Of a stretch of 64,000 nucleotides of DNA, positions 48,142-60,040 are shown piece by piece; within the stretch, counting starts at the first letter, position 1, and every line of letters starts with the position of its first letter. Source of the stretch: Rhodospirillaceae bacterium. GTDB taxonomy: Bacteria > Pseudomonadota > Alphaproteobacteria > Rhodospirillales > Rhodospirillaceae. The stretch spans positions 5,320-69,319 of the forward strand of contig JADZAK010000103.1 of NCBI GenBank assembly GCA_020852595.1, written 5' to 3'. Made by a program: the position numbers and the translations under genes. The notes below the pieces were generated by a model. That model made no database searches and was not told the origin of the DNA. It worked only from the letters and a program-made list of their open reading frames with translations.

Positions 48142-48978
48142 TTAAGATGATTTCTTCGCCGTGACTTTGGTGGACTTGCCGGCGACGTCCATCGCGGCGT
48201 CGATGGTATTTCCATTCACCTTCCCGCTGAAGCGCAGCGGCGCGGCGGCGCCCGGAACCGTGGCGGCAAAAGTGATGTTCGGACCGGCGAGAACCGGCGA
48301 TTCAATCGGCACCTGTTTGCCATTGGGCAAAGTCAGGGTCCCGGAGGCCATCTGGTACTGCTGCTTGAGATCGGCCTTGTAGGTTTCGTTGCCCACCTGC
48401 CAGGTCCAGGCGCCCGCGACCTTCGCCGGGTCGATGAAAAGATAGATGTTCCGCGAGTCCACCACCTCGTGTTTGTCCGGCTGCCAGTCGCCCATGGTGA
48501 AGGCGTGGGTGACGATGCGCGAGCCCGGCTTCATTTCGTCGAGGATCTTCGGGCGCAGCTTCAGGTTCACTTCCGGAAGCAGGTACATCGTCATGACCGA
48601 CGCTTCGCTGAAGTTCATCTGGAAGAGATCGGCTTGCTTGAAGGTCACGCGGTCGGTGACGCCGGCCTTTTTCGCGTTTTCATTGGCTTCCGCGATGCGC
48701 ACCGGATCGAGATCGACGCCGACGCCCTTTTTCACTTTCATATCGCGCGCGGCCGTCACGACAATGCGTCCATCGCCCGAGCCCAGGTCGTAGTGGATAT
48801 CGTCGGGGCCGACATTGGCGAGTTTCAGCATGCGGTCGACGAGTTCCTGCGGCGTCGGCACATACGGCACGTCGAGTTCGACGCCGCCTTCGCCGGTGTA
48901 CTTTGTGGCCGCGACCGCGCTGAAGGTCATGAACACCGCGGCAAGGCCGGCGAGGCCGATACTTTTGTGCATCTTCAT
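48142..48978 (-). CDS. Class I SAM-dependent methyltransferase domain protein with an N-terminal signal peptide or anchor
   Basis: MKMHKSIGLAGLAAVFMTFSAVAA, then YDLGSGDGRIVVTAA (motif I), GVDLD and a C-terminal ~100-aa beta-rich domain. AGGA RBS lies in the 15-nt gap after the permease. Confidence 0.8.
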   Translation of the reverse strand: MKMHKSIGLAGLAAVFMTFSAVAATKYTGEGGVELDVPYVPTPQELVDRMLKLANVGPDDIHYDLGSGDGRIVVTAARDMKVKKGVGVDLDPVRIAEANENAKKAGVTDRVTFKQADLFQMNFSEASVMTMYLLPEVNLKLRPKILDEMKPGSRIVTHAFTMGDWQPDKHEVVDSRNIYLFIDPAKVAGAWTWQVGNETYKADLKQQYQMASGTLTLPNGKQVPIESPVLAGPNITFAATVPGAAAPLRFSGKVNGNTIDAAMDVAGKSTKVTAKKSS

Positions 48979-48993
48979 GGAACGATTCCTTTT

Positions 48994-50313
48994 TCAGGCC
49001 GTGCGTGACGAACGGCGGGCAAGCAACAGAACCGGAAGGCCGACGACAAGCACGACGACGCCGGCGAGGGCGCCGCGGCCTGTAAACGCCAGACTATTAT
49101 AGAGCATGTAGGCGCCCGTAAGGCAGAACAACGCCGGCGTGACGGGATAAAGCGGCACGCGGAAAGGCCGCGGGGCGCCGGGATCGCGAAAGCGCAGGAC
49201 GAACAGCGAAACGCCTGTCAGGAAAAAGAAAAGCCAGAAAACCGGCTGCAGGAAATCGACCACGGTTTGCACGCCCGAGCGCGCGAAAGCGCCCGCGGCC
49301 ACGATCACAAGCGCGACCGCGCCCTGGAACATGACCCCGCGCGTCGGCACGCCGCGCACCGTGTCCCACTGGGCCAGGAAGCGGAACATCGCGAAGTCGT
49401 GACCCAGCGCGAAAGCGGTGCGCGCGCCCGTGAACAGCGTGATGTTGGTGTTGTCGATGATGAGAAACAACACGACGAAGGTGATGACGACCGCGCCCGC
49501 GTCACCGAAGGCCGCGCGCATCACATCGGCGGCAATGGTTTTGGACGCGGCCATGCCGGCCGGACCGAGCACCGAGAGATAGGCGAAATTGACCGCCACA
49601 TAGAGCGCGGTGATGACCGCGATTCCGATCAGCAGCGCCCGCACCATGTTGCGATTGGGATCTTTGACTTCCGCCGAAATGTAAGCCGCCTCGTTCCAGC
49701 CGCCGAAGGTCAACAGAACGAGCAGCATCGCGCCGCCGATGCTGGCCATGGTGACGGGCGGCGGCGGTTCGGCGGCCGGCGGCGGCGCGGCGCCGCTGGT
49801 CAGACCGGCGAGAATGAGCACGCCGAGGCCGATGAGCGTGGCCACGAACAAAATATTCTGGAATGTCTTGGTTTGCCGCACACCGGCGAGATTGAGGCCG
49901 GTGAGCACGATGATGATCAGCGCGGCGTACACCGCGGAGCTGAAAGGCCCCAAGGGCAAAAGCTGGGTGGCGTAGTCCCCGAAGATATAGGCGAACAGCG
50001 CGATGGAGCCGCTTTGGATCACCGTCAGGCGCGCCCAGGCGAACATGAAGCTCACATTGGGACCATAGGCGCGGTGCAGGAAGTGATATTCGCCGCCCGC
50101 CGAAGGGTAGGCGGTGGCGAGCTCGGCGTAACAGAGCGCGCCGATGACCGACACCACACCCCCCGCCAGCCAGACCATGAGGATGGCGTTGGCGTCCCCC
50201 AGAGTCCCGGCGACGAAGGCCGGAAAACTGAAGATCCCTGTGCCGATGACAAGGCCGACGATGATCGCGACGCAATCCGTCAGCGAGAGAACTCTATTTG
50301 GTGCGTTGCTCAT
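48994..50313 (-). CDS. APC-family amino acid permease
   Basis: About 12 TM segments. VAIIVGLVIGTGIFSFP and AELATAYPSAGGEYHFL. Start trimmed to ATG 50313; the track ORF has a 167-aa spurious extension. Confidence 0.85.
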   Translation of the reverse strand: MSNAPNRVLSLTDCVAIIVGLVIGTGIFSFPAFVAGTLGDANAILMVWLAGGVVSVIGALCYAELATAYPSAGGEYHFLHRAYGPNVSFMFAWARLTVIQSGSIALFAYIFGDYATQLLPLGPFSSAVYAALIIIVLTGLNLAGVRQTKTFQNILFVATLIGLGVLILAGLTSGAAPPPAAEPPPPVTMASIGGAMLLVLLTFGGWNEAAYISAEVKDPNRNMVRALLIGIAVITALYVAVNFAYLSVLGPAGMAASKTIAADVMRAAFGDAGAVVITFVVLFLIIDNTNITLFTGARTAFALGHDFAMFRFLAQWDTVRGVPTRGVMFQGAVALVIVAAGAFARSGVQTVVDFLQPVFWLFFFLTGVSLFVLRFRDPGAPRPFRVPLYPVTPALFCLTGAYMLYNSLAFTGRGALAGVVVLVVGLPVLLLARRSSRTA

Positions 50314-50463
50314 GGGATGACGCGATTGGAGAAAATCGCGGTGGCCTCCCTGTTTTAAAGTCCTGGCGGACAAACCCCTTTTTCCGCAATACAACAGCAT
50401 GTTAGCGCACTCAAGGGAAACACCGTTCTGTAACACCCTCAGCGGCGGGAAATCGGAGGACCT

Positions 50464-50928
50464 TTGAGCGAAAAAACGATCCGCATCCTGGTGGACGCCG
50501 ACGCCTGTCCGGTGAAGGACGAGGTCGTTCGTGTGGCCGAACGCCACAAACTGCCGGTGATCCTGGTCAGCAACGCCTGGATGCGCGGGCCCGATCATCC
50601 GCTGGTGCAGCGGATCCTGGTGGCCACGGGACCGGACGCCGCCGACGACAGAATCGCGAACGATGCGACCCCGGCCGACATCGTGATCACCAACGATATC
50701 CCGCTGGCCGCGCGTTGCATCGACGCCGGCGCGCATGTCTTGCGTCCGAACGGCAAACCCATCGACAAAAGCTCGGTCGGGATGGCCGTGGCCATGCGCG
50801 ATCTGTCCGCGCACCTGCGCGAAACCGGGGAGATCACAGGCGGTCCAGCGGCCTTCACCCCCCGCGACAGATCCCGATTTCTCGATGCTTTAGAAGTGCT
50901 TGTGCAGGCGTTGAAACGGGGGAAGTGA
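50464..50928 (+). CDS. YaiI/YqxD family protein (UPF0178/DUF188)
   Basis: IRILVDADACPVKDEVVRVAERHKLPVILVSN...VITNDIPLAARC. TTG start. Confidence 0.85.
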   Translation: MSEKTIRILVDADACPVKDEVVRVAERHKLPVILVSNAWMRGPDHPLVQRILVATGPDAADDRIANDATPADIVITNDIPLAARCIDAGAHVLRPNGKPIDKSSVGMAVAMRDLSAHLRETGEITGGPAAFTPRDRSRFLDALEVLVQALKRGK

Positions 50929-50972
50929 AGTAAAGCCCCTGACATTGCCTCCCTTATATTGACCCCCTTACA

Positions 50973-51001
50973 TTGACAATGTGCGCCGCAGCACGTATAT
51001 G
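50973..51001 (+). promoter_or_regulatory. Near-consensus sigma70-type promoter upstream of rhlE
   Basis: TTGACA (50973-50978), 17 nt, TATATG (50996-51001). The -35 sits in the palindrome ACATTG-A-CAATGT. Confidence 0.45.
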
Positions 51002-51240
51002 GGCGTCCGTCTGCCCTATGCAGGCAACATCTCGCGATTCGCGCGCAGGTGCACCGGCCCCCAAGAATAACGTGAAATATGGGCCGCGAGGGCTCCCACC
51101 TTAAGGTTGGCGATCCCGCACCGTCTCCTGAGACGTTTTTGAATTCCCTCCCGTCGGTTGCGTGCCCACCGGGTTAACGCAAAACCGTTTTGCGCCGCCT
51201 TTCGCGGCTGCACGACTTTTGCCTATTTGAAAGTGATTCT

Positions 51241-52575
51241 ATGACTCTGTTTACCGATCTCGGCCTGATCGAGCCGCTCACCCGTGCGCTCACGGCCGAA
51301 GGTTATTCGTCCCCCACCCCGATCCAGGCCAAAGCCATCCCGCGCCTTCTCGAAGGCCGCGACGTGCTCGGCATCGCCCAGACCGGCACCGGCAAGACGG
51401 CGGCCTTCGCGCTGCCGATGATCCAGCATCTTACCAAGAACAACCGCCGCGCCGCGTCCCGCCAGACGCGCGCCCTGATCCTGACGCCGACACGCGAGCT
51501 CGCGCTGCAGATCAATGAGGGCTTCGCGACCTATGGAAAGTTCGTCGGCCTGAAGCGCACCGTGATCCACGGCGGCGTCAGCGAAAAGCCGCAGATCGCG
51601 GCGATGGCGAGCGGTACCGATGTCCTCATCGCGACGCCGGGCCGCCTGCTCGACCTCATGAACCAGCGCAAGATCGAGCTCGCCGGTCTCGAGTTCTTCG
51701 TGCTCGACGAAGCCGACCGCATGCTTGATATGGGTTTCATCCGCGACGTGCAGAAAATCGTGCGCCAGCTGCCGAAGGAGCGTCAGACTCTCCTGTTCTC
51801 GGCGACCATGCCCGACGCCGTCACCGATCTCGCCAAGAGCCTGCTCAAGGCCCAGCACGAGCGCATCGAAGTCACGCCGCCGTCAACGACCGTGGAACGC
51901 ATCGCTCAGAAGGTGATGTTCGTGGCCCGCGAGAACAAGCGCCTCCTGCTCGCCGAGCTGCTGAAAGACAGCACCATCAGCCGCGCCATCGTCTTCACCC
52001 GTACCAAGCACTGCGCGAATCGTGTTGCCGAGCAGCTGCAGAAGGGCGGCGTGAAAGCCGAAGCCATCCACGGCAACAAATCGCAGAACGCGCGTCAGCG
52101 CAGCCTCGCGTCGTTCAAGTCGGGCGACCTGCGCATCCTCGTGGCCACCGACATCGCCGCGCGCGGCATCGACGTGGACGGCGTTTCGCACGTCATCAAT
52201 TTCGAGTTGCCCGCCGAGCCGGAAAGCTATGTGCACCGCATCGGCCGCACCGCGCGCGCCGGTCTGGACGGCATCGCGATCTCCTTCTGCGACCGTGAAG
52301 AGATGGGCGCCCTGCGCGCCATCGAACGTTCCATCCGCCAGCCGGTGCCGGTGGATGAAACACACGCCTTCCACAACGCCCCGCCGGCCCGCGGCCAACG
52401 TCAAGACGGCCAGCGCGACGATGGTCCGCGTGAAGGCCGTTCGGAGCGCGGCCGCGGCAATAGAAATGGCGGCCCGAAGCATGCCGGCCCGAAGAAGCCG
52501 GGCGGCGGCGGCAATCGCCGCCGTCGTGGCGGCGGCGGTGGCCGTCCCTGGGAAAACCGCCCGCAAGCGGCCTAA
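51241..52575 (+). CDS. rhlE: DEAD-box ATP-dependent RNA helicase with an RGG-rich tail
   Basis: Q-motif TPIQ, AQTGTGKT, DEAD, SAT, HRIGRTARAG. C-terminal GGGGNRRRRGGGGGRP. Confidence 0.9.
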   Translation: MTLFTDLGLIEPLTRALTAEGYSSPTPIQAKAIPRLLEGRDVLGIAQTGTGKTAAFALPMIQHLTKNNRRAASRQTRALILTPTRELALQINEGFATYGKFVGLKRTVIHGGVSEKPQIAAMASGTDVLIATPGRLLDLMNQRKIELAGLEFFVLDEADRMLDMGFIRDVQKIVRQLPKERQTLLFSATMPDAVTDLAKSLLKAQHERIEVTPPSTTVERIAQKVMFVARENKRLLLAELLKDSTISRAIVFTRTKHCANRVAEQLQKGGVKAEAIHGNKSQNARQRSLASFKSGDLRILVATDIAARGIDVDGVSHVINFELPAEPESYVHRIGRTARAGLDGIAISFCDREEMGALRAIERSIRQPVPVDETHAFHNAPPARGQRQDGQRDDGPREGRSERGRGNRNGGPKHAGPKKPGGGGNRRRRGGGGGRPWENRPQAA

Positions 52576-52588
52576 CACTTACGACTGC

Positions 52589-52627
52589 AAAGCCCAGCCC
52601 GACGGAAAGTCAGGCTGGGCTTTTTTC
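52589..52627 (+). terminator. Intrinsic terminator downstream of rhlE
   Basis: agcccagcc (52591-52599) / ggctgggct (52613-52621), followed by tttttt. It abuts the stop of the convergent thiolase gene. Confidence 0.8.
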
Positions 52628-53900
52628 ATGACGACAGCAGCGCGACGCCGCCGAGGCCACCGTCTGTACAGATACTGACGATAGCGAGACTTCCCGCCGG
52701 ATAGGTCGAAAGCTCCTTCACCGCCTGACTGAGAATACGCGCCCCCGTGGCCCCGAACGGATGGCCGAGCGCCACGCTGCCGCCGTTGGGATTCATGCGG
52801 TCCCAGGGGAAAGACCCCATATCCGCCGTCACGCCCGCGCGTTCGCGGAGCCAGGCCTTATCTTCCATCGCCGCGATATGGCACAGCACCTGCGCCGAGA
52901 ACGCCTCGTGGATTTCCCACAAGGCCACGCCCTCGTAGGCCAGCCCGTGACGGGCCAGCAGACGCGGGATCGCGACGGCGGGCGCCATCAGCAAGCCGTC
53001 ACGCAGCATATCCACCGCGGCGAGTTCCCAATCCACGAGCCGTACACGCGGCGTCTTTGCCGGCAGGCGGGCCAGCCCGGCGTCGCTCGCGACCCACACA
53101 CCGGCGGCGCCGTCGGTGAGCGGGGATGAATTGCCGGCGGTGAGTGTGCCTTTCCCGCTTTCGGTGTCGAAGGACGGTTTGAGCTTGGCGAGTTTCGCGA
53201 GCGACGTATCCGCGCGCGGAAGAACATCTTTCGCCAGTCCATCGATGGGGATCACCAGATCGTCGAAGAACCCTTTGTTCCACCCGGCGACGGCGCGTTG
53301 ATGGCTTTCAAGCGCGAGTTCGTCCTGGCGGGCGCGCGGGATGTTCCACGCCTTCGCCATCAGTTCGCAGCCCTCGCCCATGGAAAGCCCCGTGGTGCGG
53401 TTGGTCACGCTGGGGATGTGCAGGCGCACATCTTTCAGCGGCAGAGCGCTCAGCATTGCCGCGTGTTGACCGACGGATTTGGCCTGGAAGAAACGGCGCA
53501 GCCAGGTGGAGAAGCCTTGATTGATGCCGATCTGCACGCCGCTCATGCTTTCCGAACCGCCGACAAGGGCGAGCGAGGATGCGCCCATGCGCAAACGGTC
53601 CGCGGCGGCGAACACGCCGACCATGCTGGTTGCGCAGGCCATGACGGTGGTGAAGGCGGGGATATGCACGCCGATTCCCGCATCGAGCGTGATTTCCCGC
53701 GCGATATTGCTCCACCGGAGGCTCGGCGCGACCGTGCCCCACACCACGAGATCGGGCCGGTCGGCGTCTCGGAGCTGGCCGCACATCACTTGCACGACCG
53801 GCGCCGACAGCGAGATCGCATCGCGTTTCGAAAGAGGCCCGTCCACTTTTGCGAAGGGCGTGCGCAAACCGGCCGCGAGCCAAAGCTGTGACGACGTCAT
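52626..53900 (-). CDS. Thiolase family acetyl-CoA C-acyltransferase
   Basis: Active-site Cys context VMACATSM. C-terminal NPNGGSVALGHPFGATGARIL and CTDGGLG. Confidence 0.85.
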   Translation of the reverse strand: MTSSQLWLAAGLRTPFAKVDGPLSKRDAISLSAPVVQVMCGQLRDADRPDLVVWGTVAPSLRWSNIAREITLDAGIGVHIPAFTTVMACATSMVGVFAAADRLRMGASSLALVGGSESMSGVQIGINQGFSTWLRRFFQAKSVGQHAAMLSALPLKDVRLHIPSVTNRTTGLSMGEGCELMAKAWNIPRARQDELALESHQRAVAGWNKGFFDDLVIPIDGLAKDVLPRADTSLAKLAKLKPSFDTESGKGTLTAGNSSPLTDGAAGVWVASDAGLARLPAKTPRVRLVDWELAAVDMLRDGLLMAPAVAIPRLLARHGLAYEGVALWEIHEAFSAQVLCHIAAMEDKAWLRERAGVTADMGSFPWDRMNPNGGSVALGHPFGATGARILSQAVKELSTYPAGSLAIVSICTDGGLGGVALLSS

Positions 53901-54029
53901 GGCTTTTCCCCAGTTAAGGAACGATCGTCGAGTTTATCGCGAAACTCTCGCTTCTTTGTTGCAAAGAATGTCGTTCGCCCCATTAAGGCCGATTGACCCC
54001 GCTCCCACAGGGTTTAATACTCCCGTCCA

Positions 54030-56061
<2,032 letters not shown>

Positions 56062-56073
56062 GCCGGAGCGGGC

Positions 56074-56805
56074 GTGACGGAAGAGACACTGCGGACGGAC
56101 GCAAGGGAGATGCCACAACGCTCACGCGGCTTTCGCATCGGCCGCGCCGTCTTCCTTGCGCTTCTGATCGCGCGTCTCGCGCCCGCCGCGCTTATCTTGC
56201 TCTATCGTTTCGTGCCCGTGCCCGGCACGCCGCTGATGGTACTGCGGGCCATCGAGGGCGCGGGATGGAGCTATACGTGGCGGCCCATGGAGCGCATTTC
56301 GCCGTCCCTGGCCCGCGCGGCCCTCACCGCCGAAGACGAATCCTTCTGCACGCATCATGGCTTCGACACCAAGGCTTTGCAGAAAGCCTGGGAAGACTAT
56401 CTCGAGGACGACGGCGGCACCTTGCGCGGCGGATCGACCATCAGCCAGCAGACCGCGAAAAACCTATTGCTGTGGCCGGGCCGGGACTGGGTGCGCAAAG
56501 GCCTCGAGGCGTGGCTGACGATCTACCTCGAAGCCTTGTGGCCCAAGCAACGCATCATGGAAGTTTACTTGAACGTGGTGGAGTGGGGACGCGGCGTGTA
56601 CGGCGCCGAGGCGGCCGCGAAACATCACTTCGGAAAAACCGCGGCCACCTTAAGCCCCGCCGAAGCGGCGCGGCTCGCGGCCGTATTGCCGAGCCCGCTG
56701 CGCTGGTCGGCGTCGAACCCCGGTCCCTATGTGCAGCGGCGCGCGGAGACATTGCAGGGCCGCGCGGCCCGTCTGGGCGAACTGGCCGGCTGCCTCAAGA
56801 AATAG
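56074..56805 (+). CDS. mtgA: Monofunctional biosynthetic peptidoglycan transglycosylase
   Basis: [52 protein letters not shown] 56074 or ATG 56110 are both possible starts. Confidence 0.88.
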   Translation: MTEETLRTDAREMPQRSRGFRIGRAVFLALLIARLAPAALILLYRFVPVPGTPLMVLRAIEGAGWSYTWRPMERISPSLARAALTAEDESFCTHHGFDTKALQKAWEDYLEDDGGTLRGGSTISQQTAKNLLLWPGRDWVRKGLEAWLTIYLEALWPKQRIMEVYLNVVEWGRGVYGAEAAAKHHFGKTAATLSPAEAARLAAVLPSPLRWSASNPGPYVQRRAETLQGRAARLGELAGCLKK

Positions 56806-57271
56806 ATTTTTCTTCGGCCTCGGGCGCGAGATGCGGCACGGCAATGCGCCGGCCCGTAAGCGCTTCTTCCAGCGCGATCTTGAGGGTATTCGGCCCGGCG
56901 GGCTTCACGAGGAACGCCGAGATGCCGAGGCGGGCGGCGTCCCGGTAGAGCCCCATATCTTTGTGGCCGGTCAGCATGACGACCGGCATTTTCTGGAGCC
57001 GGCTGTGCGCGGAGGCGCGAAGCTTCTCGATGAACTTCACCCCGTTCATGCCGGGCAGCTCGAAATCCACGATCAGCACGTCGGCGAGATCGGGTTCACG
57101 TTCGAGGGTCGCGAGCGCATCCTCGGCCGAGCGTGCGCTCGAAACCTTCGGAATAGACAGGCTTGTCAATAAGCGGCCCAAGAGGTCCCGCACGAAATTC
57201 TGATCCTCGACGATCAAAACCGACGCCGAGTCCAACATCTGAGCCGAAGAATTATGTTCGTCCGCCGCCAT
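56795..57271 (-). CDS. Single-domain response regulator (CheY-like receiver)
   Basis: VLIVEDQ...[14 protein letters not shown]...PVVMLTGH...FLVKP. No output domain. Confidence 0.85.
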   Translation of the reverse strand: MAADEHNSSAQMLDSASVLIVEDQNFVRDLLGRLLTSLSIPKVSSARSAEDALATLEREPDLADVLIVDFELPGMNGVKFIEKLRASAHSRLQKMPVVMLTGHKDMGLYRDAARLGISAFLVKPAGPNTLKIALEEALTGRRIAVPHLAPEAEEKSIS

Positions 57272-57324
57272 ATCTAAAAACTAACTCAGCACGCCCACGA
57301 AATCAGCGCTTTTTGACGGAGCCT

Positions 57325-58110
57325 TTAAATTACGATCGCGGCGGCTTCGTTTTCAAGCACACGCATAATGGAAAGCGCCGCCATATGCGAGGTTTTCGGA
57401 TTGTCGGGCGAAGGGTTCGCGTGAATTTCGAGCGCCATGCGCCCGAATTTGCCCGCCGCTTCCAGGCGATGAACATTCTGTGTCACCGCCGGATCGGCGA
57501 CCAGCATGATCCGTGTGTTCTCGAATCCAATCCCCGCCAGAGCCGCGGTGGCGGCGACGTTGGCGTTCTTCGGGAATGTAAGCGCGGCGTCCCGGGCGTT
57601 GCCGGAATAGATGACCGCGCGCGCCGTGATCTTCGCGAGGTCATGAGACTGTTCGGCGGGCGTGCCTTTCCAGGCGAGCGGCGGCTTGCTCGAGGTCAGG
57701 GTCACGCTGTCGAGGCCGGCAATCTTCGCCGAGGCCAGGGCGTCGACGCCGGGCAGAGCGCCCGCGACCAGCTTTACCTGCGCGGTCGAACGCGCGGCGG
57801 CGGCGGTGAGCTCTTCCAAAAGCGCGGGATCGGCGAGGCTGCCGGTGGAGACAATGACGAGATCGATGCCCGCGCCGAGGACCGGGCCGCAGACCGCGCG
57901 CACGGCGCTGTGCCCCGCGCACTCGACAACGAGGTCGGGCTTCAGGGCGACGAGTTCATCCACGGAATAGACGATCTTATGAGCCCCGACGGAGACGGTA
58001 TCGGCGGGAAGGCCAAGAGCGCCGACGATGGAAAAGGTTTGGGACCGCTCCGCGCAGAACGAACTGACAAGGCGGGCGATCGCGCCGTTGCCGACAAGTG
58101 CGATTTTCAA
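57325..58110 (-). CDS. nadX: Aspartate dehydrogenase family protein
   Basis: MKIALVGNGAIA Rossmann N-terminus. VVECAGHSAV, SKPPLAWKGTPAE, FPKNANVAAT. Confidence 0.78.
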   Translation of the reverse strand: MKIALVGNGAIARLVSSFCAERSQTFSIVGALGLPADTVSVGAHKIVYSVDELVALKPDLVVECAGHSAVRAVCGPVLGAGIDLVIVSTGSLADPALLEELTAAAARSTAQVKLVAGALPGVDALASAKIAGLDSVTLTSSKPPLAWKGTPAEQSHDLAKITARAVIYSGNARDAALTFPKNANVAATAALAGIGFENTRIMLVADPAVTQNVHRLEAAGKFGRMALEIHANPSPDNPKTSHMAALSIMRVLENEAAAIVI

Positions 58111-58125
58111 CTCAAGCTCCAGATC

Positions 58126-58725
58126 TCAATTTTTCTCTTTGAGGCGGCGTTCAAGCTGATCGAGCCGGTCCGCGCCCCAAAACGGTTCTCCGTCCAGGAC
58201 CATGAACGGGGCGCCGATCATACCGTCGGCGCGCGCGCTGTCCATCGCTTCGACGACCGCGCGTTTCGCGGCGGGATTTGCCGCCGCGGCCTCGATATCG
58301 CCGAGAGAAAGGCCAAGATGTCCGCAGGCGCCGGCGACGTCCGCCGCCGTGGCGGCCGCGCGTCCTTCACCGAAAGCCCGGGTCATGACGGCGACGGCGA
58401 AATCGCGGGCAAGCTTCGGATCGCGCGCCTTCAGGCTCCAGAAGGCGTAGCGGGAAATCTTGGCGTCGAACGGAAAGACGTCCGGGAGCTTGAAAGGCAC
58501 GCCGGCGAATTCGGCGCTGCGCAGGAGATCGACGGTGTTGTACTTGAGCCGCGCCGGAATGAACGGCGGCGGTTTGACCTCGAGCGACTGGAAAACGTGC
58601 CCGAGCGAGACGGCGATCCAATCGACCTCGCGTCCGTAGCGGGCGGCGATGCCGTCGATGCGCCCAAGGACGAGATAGGAATAGGTCGAGACCAGATCGA
58701 AGTAGAAACGGATCGGTGCGGACAT
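58126..58725 (-). CDS. 2-hydroxychromene-2-carboxylate isomerase family protein (DsbA-like fold)
   Basis: IRFYFDLVSTYSYL...GAPFMVLDGEPFWGADRLDQLE. Confidence 0.8.
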   Translation of the reverse strand: MSAPIRFYFDLVSTYSYLVLGRIDGIAARYGREVDWIAVSLGHVFQSLEVKPPPFIPARLKYNTVDLLRSAEFAGVPFKLPDVFPFDAKISRYAFWSLKARDPKLARDFAVAVMTRAFGEGRAAATAADVAGACGHLGLSLGDIEAAAANPAAKRAVVEAMDSARADGMIGAPFMVLDGEPFWGADRLDQLERRLKEKN

Positions 58726-58763
58726 CGTCCCCTCGCCGGTTGTGTCTTTAAATCAGGACCTCT

Positions 58764-59558
58764 TTAAATCAGCGCCTCCACGGCACGGCGGGCCATGACG
58801 CCGACGAGATGCGCCCGGTAAGCCGCGGTGGCGTGGAGATCGCTGTTCAAATCTTCCTCGGAGACGGCGATCCCGGCAAGCGCCCCGGGCGTGAAAGATT
58901 TGGATAGGACCGTTTCCATTTCTGTCTGACGGAACGCATAAGGGCCCGCACCCGTGACCGCGACGCGGACACCGGAGACGGTGTCCGCCACGCAGACCCC
59001 GGCGACGGCATAACGCGAGGCGGGATTGCGGAACTTCATGTAAGCCGCGCGCTTCGGGACCGGGAAGGACACTTTGACGATCATCTCGCCGGGTTCGAGC
59101 GCGGTTTCAAACAGGCCGGTGAAAAAATCATCGGCGGCGATGGTGCGCGTAGGCGTATGGATCGTAGCGCCAAGCGCCAGCACCGCGGCGGGATAATCCG
59201 CCGCCGGATCGCTGTTCGCCAGGGAGCCGCCGAGCGTGCCGAGATTACGCACCTGCGGATCACCGATCTCACCAGCAAGATGCGCGAGTGCGGGGATCAG
59301 ACGGCGAACGTCGGCGGATGCGGCGACTTCGCCATGGCGGGTCATGGCGCCGATGACGACGGCGTCTTTCTCAACGGCAATGCCCCGCAGTTCCGCAAGG
59401 TGAGATAGGTCAATCACGTCGGACGGCTGACGCAGACGCTGCTTCAAGGTGGGGATGAGAGTCTGCCCGCCGGCGAGATACACGGCGTCCTCCGCGCCGG
59501 AGAAAATCTCGGAGGCTTCGGACAGCGTCTTGGGACGGTGGTAATTGAAGTTGTGCAT
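58764..59558 (-). CDS. FAD-binding medium subunit of a xanthine dehydrogenase/CO dehydrogenase family enzyme (CoxM-like)
   Basis: [15 protein letters not shown]...YLAGGQTLIPTLKQRL...LGGSLANSDPAADYPA. Start trimmed to ATG 59558 (TAATG overlap with the small subunit). Confidence 0.85.
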   Translation of the reverse strand: MHNFNYHRPKTLSEASEIFSGAEDAVYLAGGQTLIPTLKQRLRQPSDVIDLSHLAELRGIAVEKDAVVIGAMTRHGEVAASADVRRLIPALAHLAGEIGDPQVRNLGTLGGSLANSDPAADYPAAVLALGATIHTPTRTIAADDFFTGLFETALEPGEMIVKVSFPVPKRAAYMKFRNPASRYAVAGVCVADTVSGVRVAVTGAGPYAFRQTEMETVLSKSFTPGALAGIAVSEEDLNSDLHATAAYRAHLVGVMARRAVEALI

Positions 59559-60040
59559 TACACCGTGGCCTTTGCGCCCGCGAGGATCGCCGCGACGATG
59601 GGTTGATAGCCGGTGCAGCGGCAGAAATTGCCTTCGAGCTCCTTGCGCACCATTTCGTCCGTCAGCGGCTCGTCCGTCAACGGTTCGCCCTTGTGACGTT
59701 CGACGATGGAAAGCGCCGTCATGATCATGCCCGGCGTGCAGAACCCGCACTGAAGGGCATGATGCTCGCGGAAGGCCGCCTGCATCGGATGCAGGACGCC
59801 GTCCTTCGCCACACCTTCAATTGTCGTGACGTCTTGCCCGTCCGCTTGCACGGCGAGCATGGAGCAAGCCTTCACCGGCTTGCCGGCGACATGCACGGTG
59901 CAGGTCCCGCACTGGCTGGTATCGCAGCCCACATGGGTGCCCGTGAGACGAAGCTGTTCGCGCAGCACATCGACCAGCAGGGTGCGCGGTTCGACCTCAA
60001 TGCTGTGCGCGGTTCCATTGACGGTAAGCGAAATCTTCAT
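59558..60040 (-). CDS. (2Fe-2S)-binding small subunit (CoxS-like)
   Basis: [14 protein letters not shown] and [11 protein letters not shown]...CRCTGY cluster motifs. Start trimmed to ATG 60040. Confidence 0.9.
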   Translation of the reverse strand: MKISLTVNGTAHSIEVEPRTLLVDVLREQLRLTGTHVGCDTSQCGTCTVHVAGKPVKACSMLAVQADGQDVTTIEGVAKDGVLHPMQAAFREHHALQCGFCTPGMIMTALSIVERHKGEPLTDEPLTDEMVRKELEGNFCRCTGYQPIVAAILAGAKATV

